Positions 19,687 through 29,309 of a DNA stretch of 64,000 bases are shown piece by piece. The position numbers were made by a program, and so were the translations under genes. The first letter of the stretch is position 1. Every line of letters starts with the position of its first letter. The stretch comes from Candidatus Latescibacterota bacterium. Its GTDB lineage: Bacteria; Latescibacterota; UBA2968; SICM01. The stretch is taken from assembly GCA_965217865.1 (NCBI GenBank), contig CBDCJO010000002.1:2688001-2752000 (forward strand), in the 5' to 3' direction. Under the pieces are notes generated by a model. It did no database searches and had not been told where the DNA came from. It saw only the letters and a program-made list of their open reading frames with translations.

Positions 19687-22600
19687 CTAATTATTTTTTT
19701 CGACACGCCTTACCTTAAGGGTCGCCTTTTCTCCATTGACGAGGATATCCGCCTCTTCATCAATCCGGTCTTTAACGACGAGTTGTTCGCAAAGCGTCTC
19801 TGCCTTGATATAGTCCCCGAAACGCTCCACTGCGTCTCTCAGGCGAGGGCTCAGAACACAATCGATCCGTACGCGATCAAGAATTTCCAGTCCCTGCTCC
19901 TTCCGCATGTTTTGAATTTTGTGGACACACTCCCTTGCGAAGCCTTCATCTTCCAGATCCTTCGTAAGCCGGGTGTCCAGAGCCACAACCACACCCCCTT
20001 CTTCAGCCACTGCCATTCCCTCCGCGGCTTTGGTTTCCACCACAAGGTCATCGGGGACTAATCCGATCGTCTGTCCTTCAACGGCTATCCGGACTTCATC
20101 ACCCCGCTTGATCCGAGAGGCTACCATGTCTGAATCCATCGCTTCCAATGCGACTTTAAGCCCCGGAACCAGCTCACGATGCTTCTTTCCGACGGAGCCG
20201 AAATTGATTTTGATAGTGTGGTCGACCAGGGACGACCGATCCTCCGCAAGCCTGAGATCTTTGACGTTCAGTTCCTGAAGAATGAGCGGGCGTAACCGGT
20301 CAAGTCCGCCCGGATCGCCGTTCTCCATCACCACCACCATTTTTGAAAGCGGTTGTCTTACCTTCAACCCGGAGGATGTTCTGGCCGAACGACCCAGGCT
20401 GACGAGGCGGATCAGGGTCCTCATCTCCGCCATCAGACATTCGTCGATCAGTTCTTCCTGGACTTCCGGATAATCGCATAGGTGTACGCTTTCGGCTGCG
20501 GTTTGGTCGATGGATCGGACCAGGTTCTGATAGATCTCCTCTGATAAGAACGGGAGGATGGGGCTGAGGAGTTTGCTGAGAGTCACAAGGGTTTCGTGCA
20601 GTGTCAGATACGCCGCAGCCTTGTCACTGTAATTGTCGCTTTTCCAAAATCGACGCCTGTTCAGACGCACATACCAGTTCGAGAGGTCGTCGAAAAAGGC
20701 CTCAACGGATTTGATCAAGGGGGGAAGATCGTACTGGTCCAGGGATTTCCTGGCCGTGCGGACCAGAACTTGGAGGCGGGATAAAATCCACCGATCCGTT
20801 AACGTCCGTTCTACCGTTTGGTCCAGTCTCTTCGGGTCGAAGCCATCGACGATGGCATACCCAACAAAAAATTTTGTAGTGTTCCACAACGTCAGAAACC
20901 GCCGCTTGACTTCCGATGCAGGACCATAACCGAAGTTGAGGTTCAAAGAAAGGTTCTGGTCCGCGAACAACCATCTCATCGGCTCCGCGCCCATCACCTC
21001 CACAGCCTCATCGAACCAGAGGGTATTGCCCGTGCTCTTGTGCATCGGCCGCCCGAGCTCGTCGTTCATCTTCTCGTAAGTCAGAACTTTCCGGAAGGGC
21101 GACCTCCCCTCAAGCGTCACGCCCATAAACAACATCGAATAAAACCAGAGCCTGATCTGCTCTCGCATCTCCGTGACAAATTCGGCCGGAAACCACTTCT
21201 CCCAGGAGCTCCGGTCTCCGCTCGTGTAGCCGAGGGTTGAAAACGGTACGATGCCCGCGTCGAGCCAGCAATCGCCTACCTCGGGAATGCGCCGCGCGGG
21301 GCTCCCCGAAGACGTCCGGATTTCGACCTCGTCGATCCAGGGACGATGCAGCTCTGGCAACTCATCCACAGTTTTCGGGTCGAGGGCCTTTTCCCGGAGT
21401 TCCCTCACAGATCCAACGATGATCAACTCACCGTCTTCGGATTCATAGAACGGCAGAGGCAACCCCCAGTATCGTTTTCTGGAAATACACCAATCCCCCA
21501 TGTTGTTCAGCCAATCCTCCATCCGCTTTCCAGAATGGTCTGGAATCCAGCAGACGGACTGCGCGGCCTTGAGCATCTGGGGGCGGATCTCATCGCACGA
21601 AATAAACCACTCGTCCACCAGGCGGAAGACCAGCTCGTCCTTGCATCGCCAGCACCTGGGATAGCGGTGAGTATAATCTTCCAGTTTATAAAGCAAGCCC
21701 TTCTCTTTCAGACTTTCGAAAACAATCGGCGCCGCTTCGAACACGCTCTTGAAAGAAAAATTTCCGAACCCCTCCTGGTACACCCCGTCCTCGTCCAGGG
21801 GTGCAAGGGTCTGCAACCCGTGAATTCGTGCCAATTCATAATCCTCAGCCCCGCATCCGGGTGCGATGTGCACCACGCCCGTTCCTTCTTCTTCGCCCAC
21901 CTGGTCCCAGGGAATGATCCGGTGTTCCACCCCCTGCTGCGCAGGCAAGTCGTCAAAAGGCCCCTCGTAAGTAAGCCCAACCAGCTCATTTCCCTTGATG
22001 AGGTTGAGGACTTTGTAGTCCCCGGACAGCCGCTCCACGGTGCCCTTTGAAAGATAAAAAACATCATGCCCCTGCCTCGCCTTGATATAATCAAGATCCG
22101 GATGGACCGCCAGGGCCACATTCGAGGTAAGCGTCCACGGCGTGGTCGTCCATACCAGGATATGCTCCCCCTTTCGTTCTCGGATCGGCAATTTTATATA
22201 GACCGCCCGATGGGTCATCTCGTCATAGGCATCGGCCAGTTCGTGCTGGGAGAGGGAAGTGCCACAGCGTGCGCACCAGGGCATCACCCGATGTCCCTTG
22301 TAGAGCCAACCCTTCTGATGGCATACCTTTAAAAAGTGCCAGATATGCTCAATGTTTTCATCCGAATAAGTGTAGTAGGAGCATTCCCAATCCATCCACT
22401 GGCCCAACCTCCGGCTGGTCTCGATGATGGCATCGGCCGATCGATCTACACTTTGACGGCACTTCCGGGAAAAGTCACCCAGGCCATACTCGAGGATATC
22501 CTTCTTTGAGTTCAGATCGAGGTCCTTCTCCACCTCAACCTCCACCCAGAGCCCCTGACAATCGAACCCGTTCTGATAGCGCTGGTCGAAACCTTGCATC

Positions 22601-22821
22601 GCCTTATAACGCTGAAAGATATCTTTATAGGTGCGCCCCCAGGCGTGATGCACACCGATCCCTCGAGTGTTGTTTGCCGTGATCGGACCGTCGACGAACG
22701 AGTAGACAGGGCCCCCCTGGTTCTTTTTGCGCAGCTTGGAAAACGCGTCCACTTGGTCCCAGAATTTAAAGATCCTCTTTTCGATCTCCGGGAAATTCAG
22801 GTCACCGACTTCCTTGAACAT
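19687..22821 (-). CDS. ileS: Isoleucyl-tRNA synthetase, type 2-like, with a non-canonical GVHH signature
   Basis: DGPITAN...GVHH, GFDCQGL, WTTTPWT, GTGVVHIAP, DWCISRKRYWG, PMHKS, LSNWYVR, KVRQPL. Confidence 0.96.
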   Translation of the reverse strand: MFKEVGDLNFPEIEKRIFKFWDQVDAFSKLRKKNQGGPVYSFVDGPITANNTRGIGVHHAWGRTYKDIFQRYKAMQGFDQRYQNGFDCQGLWVEVEVEKDLDLNSKKDILEYGLGDFSRKCRQSVDRSADAIIETSRRLGQWMDWECSYYTYSDENIEHIWHFLKVCHQKGWLYKGHRVMPWCARCGTSLSQHELADAYDEMTHRAVYIKLPIRERKGEHILVWTTTPWTLTSNVALAVHPDLDYIKARQGHDVFYLSKGTVERLSGDYKVLNLIKGNELVGLTYEGPFDDLPAQQGVEHRIIPWDQVGEEEGTGVVHIAPGCGAEDYELARIHGLQTLAPLDEDGVYQEGFGNFSFKSVFEAAPIVFESLKEKGLLYKLEDYTHRYPRCWRCKDELVFRLVDEWFISCDEIRPQMLKAAQSVCWIPDHSGKRMEDWLNNMGDWCISRKRYWGLPLPFYESEDGELIIVGSVRELREKALDPKTVDELPELHRPWIDEVEIRTSSGSPARRIPEVGDCWLDAGIVPFSTLGYTSGDRSSWEKWFPAEFVTEMREQIRLWFYSMLFMGVTLEGRSPFRKVLTYEKMNDELGRPMHKSTGNTLWFDEAVEVMGAEPMRWLFADQNLSLNLNFGYGPASEVKRRFLTLWNTTKFFVGYAIVDGFDPKRLDQTVERTLTDRWILSRLQVLVRTARKSLDQYDLPPLIKSVEAFFDDLSNWYVRLNRRRFWKSDNYSDKAAAYLTLHETLVTLSKLLSPILPFLSEEIYQNLVRSIDQTAAESVHLCDYPEVQEELIDECLMAEMRTLIRLVSLGRSARTSSGLKVRQPLSKMVVVMENGDPGGLDRLRPLILQELNVKDLRLAEDRSSLVDHTIKINFGSVGKKHRELVPGLKVALEAMDSDMVASRIKRGDEVRIAVEGQTIGLVPDDLVVETKAAEGMAVAEEGGVVVALDTRLTKDLEDEGFARECVHKIQNMRKEQGLEILDRVRIDCVLSPRLRDAVERFGDYIKAETLCEQLVVKDRIDEEADILVNGEKATLKVRRVEKNN

Positions 22822-22894
22822 GAACTCTCGTACTCCGCTTGACTTTGATGGTAGGCCCGTTTCCGTTTCCGGAATGCCCACTCCACGTCTCTTC

Positions 22895-23716
22895 TTACAT
22901 CTCCTCCACCACACGCTTCATGATCAGGGTCAGGTTTGGCTCCGTTCTGTTGGCCGTCTTGATAATCTCTGCGATATTCGCCGGTTTCAGTGCGTCCGGG
23001 AAACATTCATCTGTCACCACCGAAATCCCCAGGGTCCGCATGCCCGAATGCACAGCCACGATGATCTCGGGCACTGTTGACATCCCGACCACATCCGCAC
23101 CGATTGCCTTCAGGAACCGATACTCCGCCCGGGTCTCCAGATTTGGACCGGATACCGCGACATAGACCCCTTTCTGCAATGGGATCCTGGCCTCAAGGGC
23201 AACGCGTTCGGCCAACGCGATCATGCTCTTGTCATAAGGCGTGGACATATCCGGAAACCGGGGACCGAGCTCGTCGTCATTCAGACCGATCAGGGGGTTG
23301 TCGCCGAGGAGGTTGATATGGTCTTCAATAACCATCAGATCACCCGCACGATAATTTGAGTTCATCCCACCACACGCATTGGACACCAGGAGGGTTTCCG
23401 CCCCAAGGGCTTTCATGACGCGCACCGGGAAGGTAATCTGACGCATCGAATAGCCTTCGTAGTAGTGGAACCGTCCCTGCATGGCCACGACACGCTTCCC
23501 CCCAAGTCGCCCGAAGATCAACTTCCCCGCGTGCGTCTCCACGGTTGAGACCGGAAAGTGGGGCAAATCCGTGTAGGCGATCTCAGTTTCGATTTCAATC
23601 TCCTTGGCCAACCCGCCTAAACCCGTCCCCAGGACGATGCCCACCTCAGGCTTCGTCGATGTGAACTTGCGCAGGTATAACTTCGTCTCATTTATTTGCA
23701 AATTAATCTCAGCCAT
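22895..23716 (-). CDS. punA: Purine nucleoside phosphorylase (trimeric PNP-I family)
   Basis: IVLGTGLG, MQGRFHYYEGY, SNACGG, GPNLETRAE, GADVVGMSTVPE. Confidence 0.93.
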   Translation of the reverse strand: MAEINLQINETKLYLRKFTSTKPEVGIVLGTGLGGLAKEIEIETEIAYTDLPHFPVSTVETHAGKLIFGRLGGKRVVAMQGRFHYYEGYSMRQITFPVRVMKALGAETLLVSNACGGMNSNYRAGDLMVIEDHINLLGDNPLIGLNDDELGPRFPDMSTPYDKSMIALAERVALEARIPLQKGVYVAVSGPNLETRAEYRFLKAIGADVVGMSTVPEIIVAVHSGMRTLGISVVTDECFPDALKPANIAEIIKTANRTEPNLTLIMKRVVEEM

Positions 23717-23747
23717 ACCTCGACTTTTCTCTCAATTCGGCCTCGTT

Positions 23748-24041
23748 TCACGTTTTATGACTTTCCTTCAGCCGCTTGAGAAGATCATCCGGTTTCTCGT
23801 GGACCCCTTGAATCTCGATAATTTTATTCCGAGATCCTGCCCCGGAATGAATCACAATTTGAGACCCGGCAATTCCGAGCCGCCGGGCGATTAAAGAAAT
23901 CAAGCGCTTATTCGCAGCCCCTTTAACCGGAGGGGCGTTAATCCGCACATTTAAAGTGCCCCCTTCTTCAAACCGCACTTCGTCCCGGATGGCTCGGGGT
24001 TGGACGCGAACCTGAATTTTGAAGCTCCCCGATCCCATCAT
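23748..24041 (-). CDS. DUF167/YggU family protein
   Basis: VRVQPRA, APPVKGAANK, GAGSRNK. Confidence 0.85.
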   Translation of the reverse strand: MMGSGSFKIQVRVQPRAIRDEVRFEEGGTLNVRINAPPVKGAANKRLISLIARRLGIAGSQIVIHSGAGSRNKIIEIQGVHEKPDDLLKRLKESHKT

Positions 24042-24601
24042 CCCCCCGATGAGGCCGTGGAGATCGTCTCATCTTCTTCTTCGGGAGTCGATGGACCCCC
24101 GGGATCCTTCGATGGCTTATTGGTGTTTCCTTCATGCTTGGACTCGCGGGTTTCATCCGATCGGATGCCCTTGAGGAGTTCGGTCTGAGCCTCCAAGAGC
24201 CCCTTAAACCGGGCAATAAACGTGTCCCGCTGGGATTTGAGTGAAGCGAATTCGGCCTTGATTCGACCCACCTGTCCCCGCGCCTGTTCAATCGCACGCT
24301 CGGCGACGATCTGAGCCTCTTTTATGATCAGGTCTCCTTCCTTCTTTGCGTTTTCTCGAGTATCCTCGGAGGCCTGCTGGGCAGTTACAAGCGTCTCCTG
24401 AAGGGTCCTCTCAAGGTTTCGAAAACGGCCGATCTCAACCTCTAGCGTCTCTGCACGCTCCTGGATGCTGATCAATTCACGGCTCGTCTTCTCATAGACA
24501 TCCGCAATCATATCCAGGAAGGCCTGGACTTCAACAGGGTCATAGCCCCGGAGTGCCTTCCTGAACTCCTGCTTGCGGATGTCCAGGGGGGTAATATTCA
24601 C
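24038..24601 (-). CDS. divIVA: DivIVA domain protein
   Basis: ITPLDIRKQEFRKALRGYDPVEVQAFL followed by a coiled coil. Confidence 0.9.
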   Translation of the reverse strand: MNITPLDIRKQEFRKALRGYDPVEVQAFLDMIADVYEKTSRELISIQERAETLEVEIGRFRNLERTLQETLVTAQQASEDTRENAKKEGDLIIKEAQIVAERAIEQARGQVGRIKAEFASLKSQRDTFIARFKGLLEAQTELLKGIRSDETRESKHEGNTNKPSKDPGGPSTPEEEDETISTASSGG

Positions 24602-24656
24602 AGTCGTCTCACCTCGTCTGTATGGTTAATGGTCTAGTATCTAGTGAATCCAGAAC

Positions 24657-24944
24657 CTATCCGAATCTGATGGAGTCGAGGAACAACTTTGCAACCAAGA
24701 GCAACATGATCAACACCAAAGGAGAAAAATCCAGACTCGTAGCCCACATGAAATTCGGCATTTTTCGCCGGATCGCATTCAACACCGGATCGGTCACCGC
24801 GTGCAAAAAACGCACAATGGGATTGTAAGGATCGGGGTTCACCCACGAAATCAATGCCCGGATAATCACGATCCAAATATAAAGGTTGATGATCCCTATG
24901 ATCAACCCGATCAACCCCTGACCGAAATTTCCAAAGTCAAACAT
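24657..24944 (-). CDS. yggT: YggT family membrane protein
   Basis: IIRALISWVNPDPYNPIVRFL...TDP...DFSP. Confidence 0.9.
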   Translation of the reverse strand: MFDFGNFGQGLIGLIIGIINLYIWIVIIRALISWVNPDPYNPIVRFLHAVTDPVLNAIRRKMPNFMWATSLDFSPLVLIMLLLVAKLFLDSIRFG

Positions 24945-25071
24945 ACAATCTGTTCCTCACTCTCATTCACGGGGGAAAAGGTGTGTCTCAATTTGTAGTT
25001 TCATCGTGCACTTTTCTCGGTCCGCCGTTTTATGTTTAAAACCAGAATGTCGTGGATGATAGGGAGGTTCT

Positions 25072-25782
25072 TCAAGCTCTTTCCCCGAAAATCGCTGTCC
25101 CGATCCGAACCAGAGTCGCCCCTTCTTCGACTGCCGCTTCGAAATCGCCAGTCATCCCCATCGAGAGATGATTCATCGACACGTGCGGTATACCCCCGGC
25201 GACCACGCGGTCTCGGCTCTCCCGCAACCGCACGAAGAAAGGCCGGGCGACATCCCCCACAGTTCCGATCGCCCCTATCGTCATCAGGCCTACGATCCGG
25301 ACTGACTTAAATCCTGATACGGATCCGATCAGGTCTAAAACCTTCTCAGGCGCCACGCCAAATTTAGACGTTTCATCGGAGGTGTTGACCTGGACCAGGA
25401 CTTTAACGACTTTCCCCGCTAGGTCGGCCCGTCGGTCGATCTCCTTCGCCAGGGAGAGGCTATCCAACGAGTGAATCAGATCAAAGATTTCGACGGCCTT
25501 CTTGACCTTATTCGTCTGGAGATGGCCGACAAGGTGCCAGTTTACCGGTAGAGAAACCGCCCTATTCTTCATCTCCGCTTCTTGAACCCGGTTTTCACCG
25601 ATAACCTGGATACCCGAGCGAATGGCCTCTTCGATATCGCTGGGTGTCCGAGTCTTAGCGACTGCAACCAGCGTCACATCCTCCCCACCTCGACCCGACC
25701 GCTCCGCTGCCCGCGAAATCCGCTCATGGACGATTTTTAACCGCTCAGAAATGCGCAATGTCTGGCTTTGTTCCAAATTCAT
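25072..25782 (-). CDS. yggS: PLP homeostasis protein YggS (start uncertain)
   Basis: LVAVAKT, GENRVQE, WHLVGHLQTNK, LSMGMTGD, GATLVRIGTAIFG. Confidence 0.95.
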   Translation of the reverse strand: MNLEQSQTLRISERLKIVHERISRAAERSGRGGEDVTLVAVAKTRTPSDIEEAIRSGIQVIGENRVQEAEMKNRAVSLPVNWHLVGHLQTNKVKKAVEIFDLIHSLDSLSLAKEIDRRADLAGKVVKVLVQVNTSDETSKFGVAPEKVLDLIGSVSGFKSVRIVGLMTIGAIGTVGDVARPFFVRLRESRDRVVAGGIPHVSMNHLSMGMTGDFEAAVEEGATLVRIGTAIFGERA

Positions 25783-26063
25783 ATAAGAAAAAAATATAGG
25801 CATTAACATCTTGATTTGCAATAAGAAACTATACCTTGGCCGATTCAAGAGGTGAGGCGGTTTGTGTATTCGAGATGGGAATGGCTGAAGCTGCAGGAGG
25901 GCTAGGACCAGCGGACTTTCCGAGTGGCAGATTGTGATAGGTTTTCAGGGACCAGGAAGGCAATTCGTTAGGGACGGCTGGGGCGGTTTTAATTTGACAA
26001 TCAAATTTTCCTGTATATCATATCCAGATACGTTACGGATTTTCGACTATCATTAAAGACAAA

Positions 26064-26697
26064 ATGAACGCCACCCTATACTACATCGCAGATCCCATGT
26101 GCTCCTGGTGCTGGGGATTCCATCCGGTGCTGCAGAAAGTCAGGGGGGCCCTCCCGGAGGATATCCAACTGGTTTATGTCATGGGGGGGTTGGCGAAAGA
26201 CTCCGACGAACCCATGCCGGACGATATTCGAGCCTACGTGCAAAATGCCTGGAGGGAGGTCGGTGTAAGAACCGGAGCCCGGTTCAATTGGGATTTTTGG
26301 ATGCGCTGCAGCCCCGTCCGGTCCACGTATCCGGCCTGTCGTGGCGTGCTCAGCGCAGGAAAAGGAGGCCGGTCCGGCCTACTATCAGGCCGTTCAAAAG
26401 GCTTACTACCTGCAAGCACGCAACCCTTCAGAGACCGAGACACTCGTTGAACTCGCAGACGAGATCGGCCTTGACGAATCACGCTTTGCAACCGAACTAC
26501 GCTCCCCCAAAACCGAACAACGCCTCCAGGATCAATTCTCCACGCGTAGGAGGTTGGGAATTCGCCAATTTCCAAGCCTTGTCCTGGAGGCATGTAACGA
26601 GAGCACCTTGATTACCAAAGGATATAGCGGTTTTGACCCCGTCATGGCGGAATTTGCCCCAGCGCTTTGTCGCCTGAGAGAATTTACGTCGCCTTAA
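26064..26697 (+). pseudogene. DsbA-like thioredoxin-fold protein, frameshifted near 26350-26365
   Basis: DPMCSWCWGF...STYPACR in one frame; AVQKAYY...RRLGIRQFPSLV in the next frame. Confidence 0.75.
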
Positions 26698-26790
26698 TTG
26701 AGTCGACCCAATTCTAACAGCCCCACTCCCCCTGCTCGTAAATAACTGCACAATTGTACAGGAAAATTCTAGTCCAGGCACAAAAAAGGC

Positions 26791-26819
26791 TTGACTTGGA
26801 AGAGTTCTGGGACTAATTT
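26791..26819 (+). promoter_or_regulatory. Putative sigma70 promoter
   Basis: TTGACT, 17 bp, TAATTT, upstream of the STAS-wHTH/nurA operon. Confidence 0.5.
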
Positions 26820-26828
26820 TTAGCTTAA

Positions 26829-27431
26829 TTGAATTCAGTTAATCTACCAACCACCATTTTGGAGCGGGTGATCAACGTGTTACATCGATCCCCACCTTTT
26901 CTGATTCCAGCTCCGAATGCCATTCTGACCGGCCGTTCCATAGGAGCGGAAATTCTGGATCGGCTGATGGAGTATCTCCGTACCGTCGAATTCGATTCGG
27001 TCATTCCCCTGGATTTCGATGAAGTGGAATTTATCGATATCTCTTGCGCGGACGAGTTTCTTTCCCGCCTCCTGATGCGGATCGGAAGCGGAGAACTCGG
27101 AACCCGTTACGTCTTCATCCAGGAGGCCAATCCGTCTGTCAGAGAGACGATGGAAGCCGTGCTCAAGCTAAGGGGATTGACAGCCCTGCTCAAACAGGAG
27201 GAGGGCGTGATCATTATGGGCGAACTGAAACGACCCATGAAAGAGGCCCTTGAGGTTTTGATCAACAGAAAACAGGCCACATCGTCCGACCTGGCCGGTG
27301 TCCTGGATAAAAACCTGAACATCGTCTGCAACAGACTCAACGTCCTCCAGCGCTTGGGACTCGTCTGCCGAGTTCGTGAGGGGAGCGTCTCCGGTGGCGG
27401 CAGACAGTACTATTACGAATCCATCCTTTAA
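26829..27431 (+). CDS. STAS-like (DUF4325-type) domain fused to a winged HTH (start uncertain)
   Basis: LDFDEVEFIDISCADEF STAS signature; C-terminal TSSDLAGVL...CNRLNVLQRLGLV...GGRQYYY wHTH. Confidence 0.65.
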   Translation: MNSVNLPTTILERVINVLHRSPPFLIPAPNAILTGRSIGAEILDRLMEYLRTVEFDSVIPLDFDEVEFIDISCADEFLSRLLMRIGSGELGTRYVFIQEANPSVRETMEAVLKLRGLTALLKQEEGVIIMGELKRPMKEALEVLINRKQATSSDLAGVLDKNLNIVCNRLNVLQRLGLVCRVREGSVSGGGRQYYYESIL

Positions 27432-27469
27432 CTTTAGACTCCGGACTCCGGTTGTTTTTATGAGGTGCG

Positions 27470-28699
27470 ATGCTTGACTTGGGCGCCGTAAAGGGCCAGA
27501 TCGATCAGATGGCCCTCCATCAGAAGCAGAGCCAGGACGACTATGACAGGCGAATCGAAAGATCGGTTCACGAGATCCGACGATGGTCCGGGGAATGGCG
27601 GAACCTGTCACACGACGTGGACAAAAGCAAAACCTCCTGGCTGGTCGCACGTTTATCCGGTCCACCGGATGCTCAGTTTCACCCGGCTGAACGTCCCAAA
27701 CTGCTTACGGTGGTGGCGACGGATGGGTCCCAGATCTTCCCGGATCGGCACGAGGTATCCCCCTGCTTCTTATTGAACGTGGGCTATGTGGTGATTCATT
27801 ACGGGACCGGGGAGCGCCCAATCCTTGCCAGCCGTCCGTCTCTATACTATAAAGAGGAAGACCTCTACGAGGAGGTGGATGGGCGCCGCAGCAGGATAAC
27901 CCGGGAGTCTGTGGGAATCAGGAGGGGAGTTCTGGAGTTCACATATCTAGCCAACCTCTCCATAAAAGAAAAGGAAGAAGGCCGGTCTGTGGTCGCTCTG
28001 TCCGATGGTACACTCATCCAATGGTCTCTCGAAGGCCGGCCTCCCAACCTCCGTCTGGCCATGCTCCAGAAATATCTGGACGCCTTTGAAAAGATGCGAT
28101 TGGCAGGGGTTCCCTTTGCTGGCTATATCAGCAGTCCCGGAAGCGCTGATGTTATCAATTCCCTCCGAGTGGGCCTCTGTCCGGAAGAGCCAACGAATTG
28201 CGACGCCTGCCCGTGGAAAGCCGAACTCCGTGAACGTTTGTTGGATGGGATTCATAACATAGAGCCCCCCGCGCTCCCCGGCGGACTGCCGTGCAGCCCG
28301 ATCGAAGGCGTTACGGACCAAATCCTTTTTTCCAGGGTCTTGGAAAAGGGTGAAAGGAGCGGGATCTTCCACAGTCAATCGAAGATCTTGAACGATTATG
28401 GCCCTCACCGGATCAGTTTCTTCTACCTCAACACGGGATCCGAGATCGCCCGGGTGGAGATTCCCGCTTGGGTGGCCGAAAACCCAAACGACCTTGGCCT
28501 TTTGCACGCCTCCCTCTATGACCAGGCTCAGAAGGGAAAGGGCTATCCCGTAGCCCTTTCTGAGGCCCACGAAAAGGCAGTGGTCCGCGGACCGGACCGT
28601 GAGTTATTCTACAGGTTTTTAAGAGACACCCTGATCCGGAACGAGGTCCGGGCGGAGATCTCCCTCAAAGGCCTGAAAAAAATCACCGCTCGAATATGA
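27470..28699 (+). CDS. nurA: NurA-family nuclease
   Basis: VATDGSQI, LSDGTL, EIARVEIP, GYPVALSEAHEKAVV. Confidence 0.88.
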   Translation: MLDLGAVKGQIDQMALHQKQSQDDYDRRIERSVHEIRRWSGEWRNLSHDVDKSKTSWLVARLSGPPDAQFHPAERPKLLTVVATDGSQIFPDRHEVSPCFLLNVGYVVIHYGTGERPILASRPSLYYKEEDLYEEVDGRRSRITRESVGIRRGVLEFTYLANLSIKEKEEGRSVVALSDGTLIQWSLEGRPPNLRLAMLQKYLDAFEKMRLAGVPFAGYISSPGSADVINSLRVGLCPEEPTNCDACPWKAELRERLLDGIHNIEPPALPGGLPCSPIEGVTDQILFSRVLEKGERSGIFHSQSKILNDYGPHRISFFYLNTGSEIARVEIPAWVAENPNDLGLLHASLYDQAQKGKGYPVALSEAHEKAVVRGPDRELFYRFLRDTLIRNEVRAEISLKGLKKITARI

Positions 28700-28727
28700 T
28701 TGGCGTCTTCGCGTCACCAGCGGAAAA

Positions 28728-29309
28728 ATGAAGATGGAAAACGATCACCTGGGCGAAGTCATCGACAGCAACACCGCTGATTTTCTGGCACAGAGCAGGG
28801 AACTGAACGGGTCTCCCCCATTCGGATCCTTCGTCAAGGTGGCTGCGGAGTCAACGGTCATCGGCCTTGTCTTCAATGTCTCAACCCACTCGATCGAACC
28901 CAACCGTCGGACCACCGCCTACGGCAAGACCGAAGAGGAGCTTCGCCTTGAACAACCCCAGATCTTTGAACTCCTGGCGACCGAATTCAGTTCGATCATC
29001 GTCGGACACCTCGACAGCTTTGGGGCTCACCCCTTCCTCCCCCCTCAACCCCCACGAATCCACAGCTTCGTCTATCCCTGCGGCCCGGATGAAACCCGGA
29101 TGTTCACGACCACCAGCGATTACCTCCGTACGGTCACCAATGCCTCTCGCCTTCCCACCGACGATCTGTTGATCGCCTCAGTCCGGAGCGCGTGGAACGC
29201 ACACGATCGGGACACGGCTTATCTGGTGTCCATAGGCAAGGATCTGTCTCGCCTCATCAAAAACGATTACGATCGTCTCAGTTCTATCATTCGGAGGATT
29301 TCCCAGTGA
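28728..29309 (+). CDS. HAS-barrel domain protein
   Basis: LGEVID...PPFGSFVKV...EQPQIFELL...LPPQPPRIHSFV; lies between nurA and herA. Confidence 0.7.
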   Translation: MKMENDHLGEVIDSNTADFLAQSRELNGSPPFGSFVKVAAESTVIGLVFNVSTHSIEPNRRTTAYGKTEEELRLEQPQIFELLATEFSSIIVGHLDSFGAHPFLPPQPPRIHSFVYPCGPDETRMFTTTSDYLRTVTNASRLPTDDLLIASVRSAWNAHDRDTAYLVSIGKDLSRLIKNDYDRLSSIIRRISQ

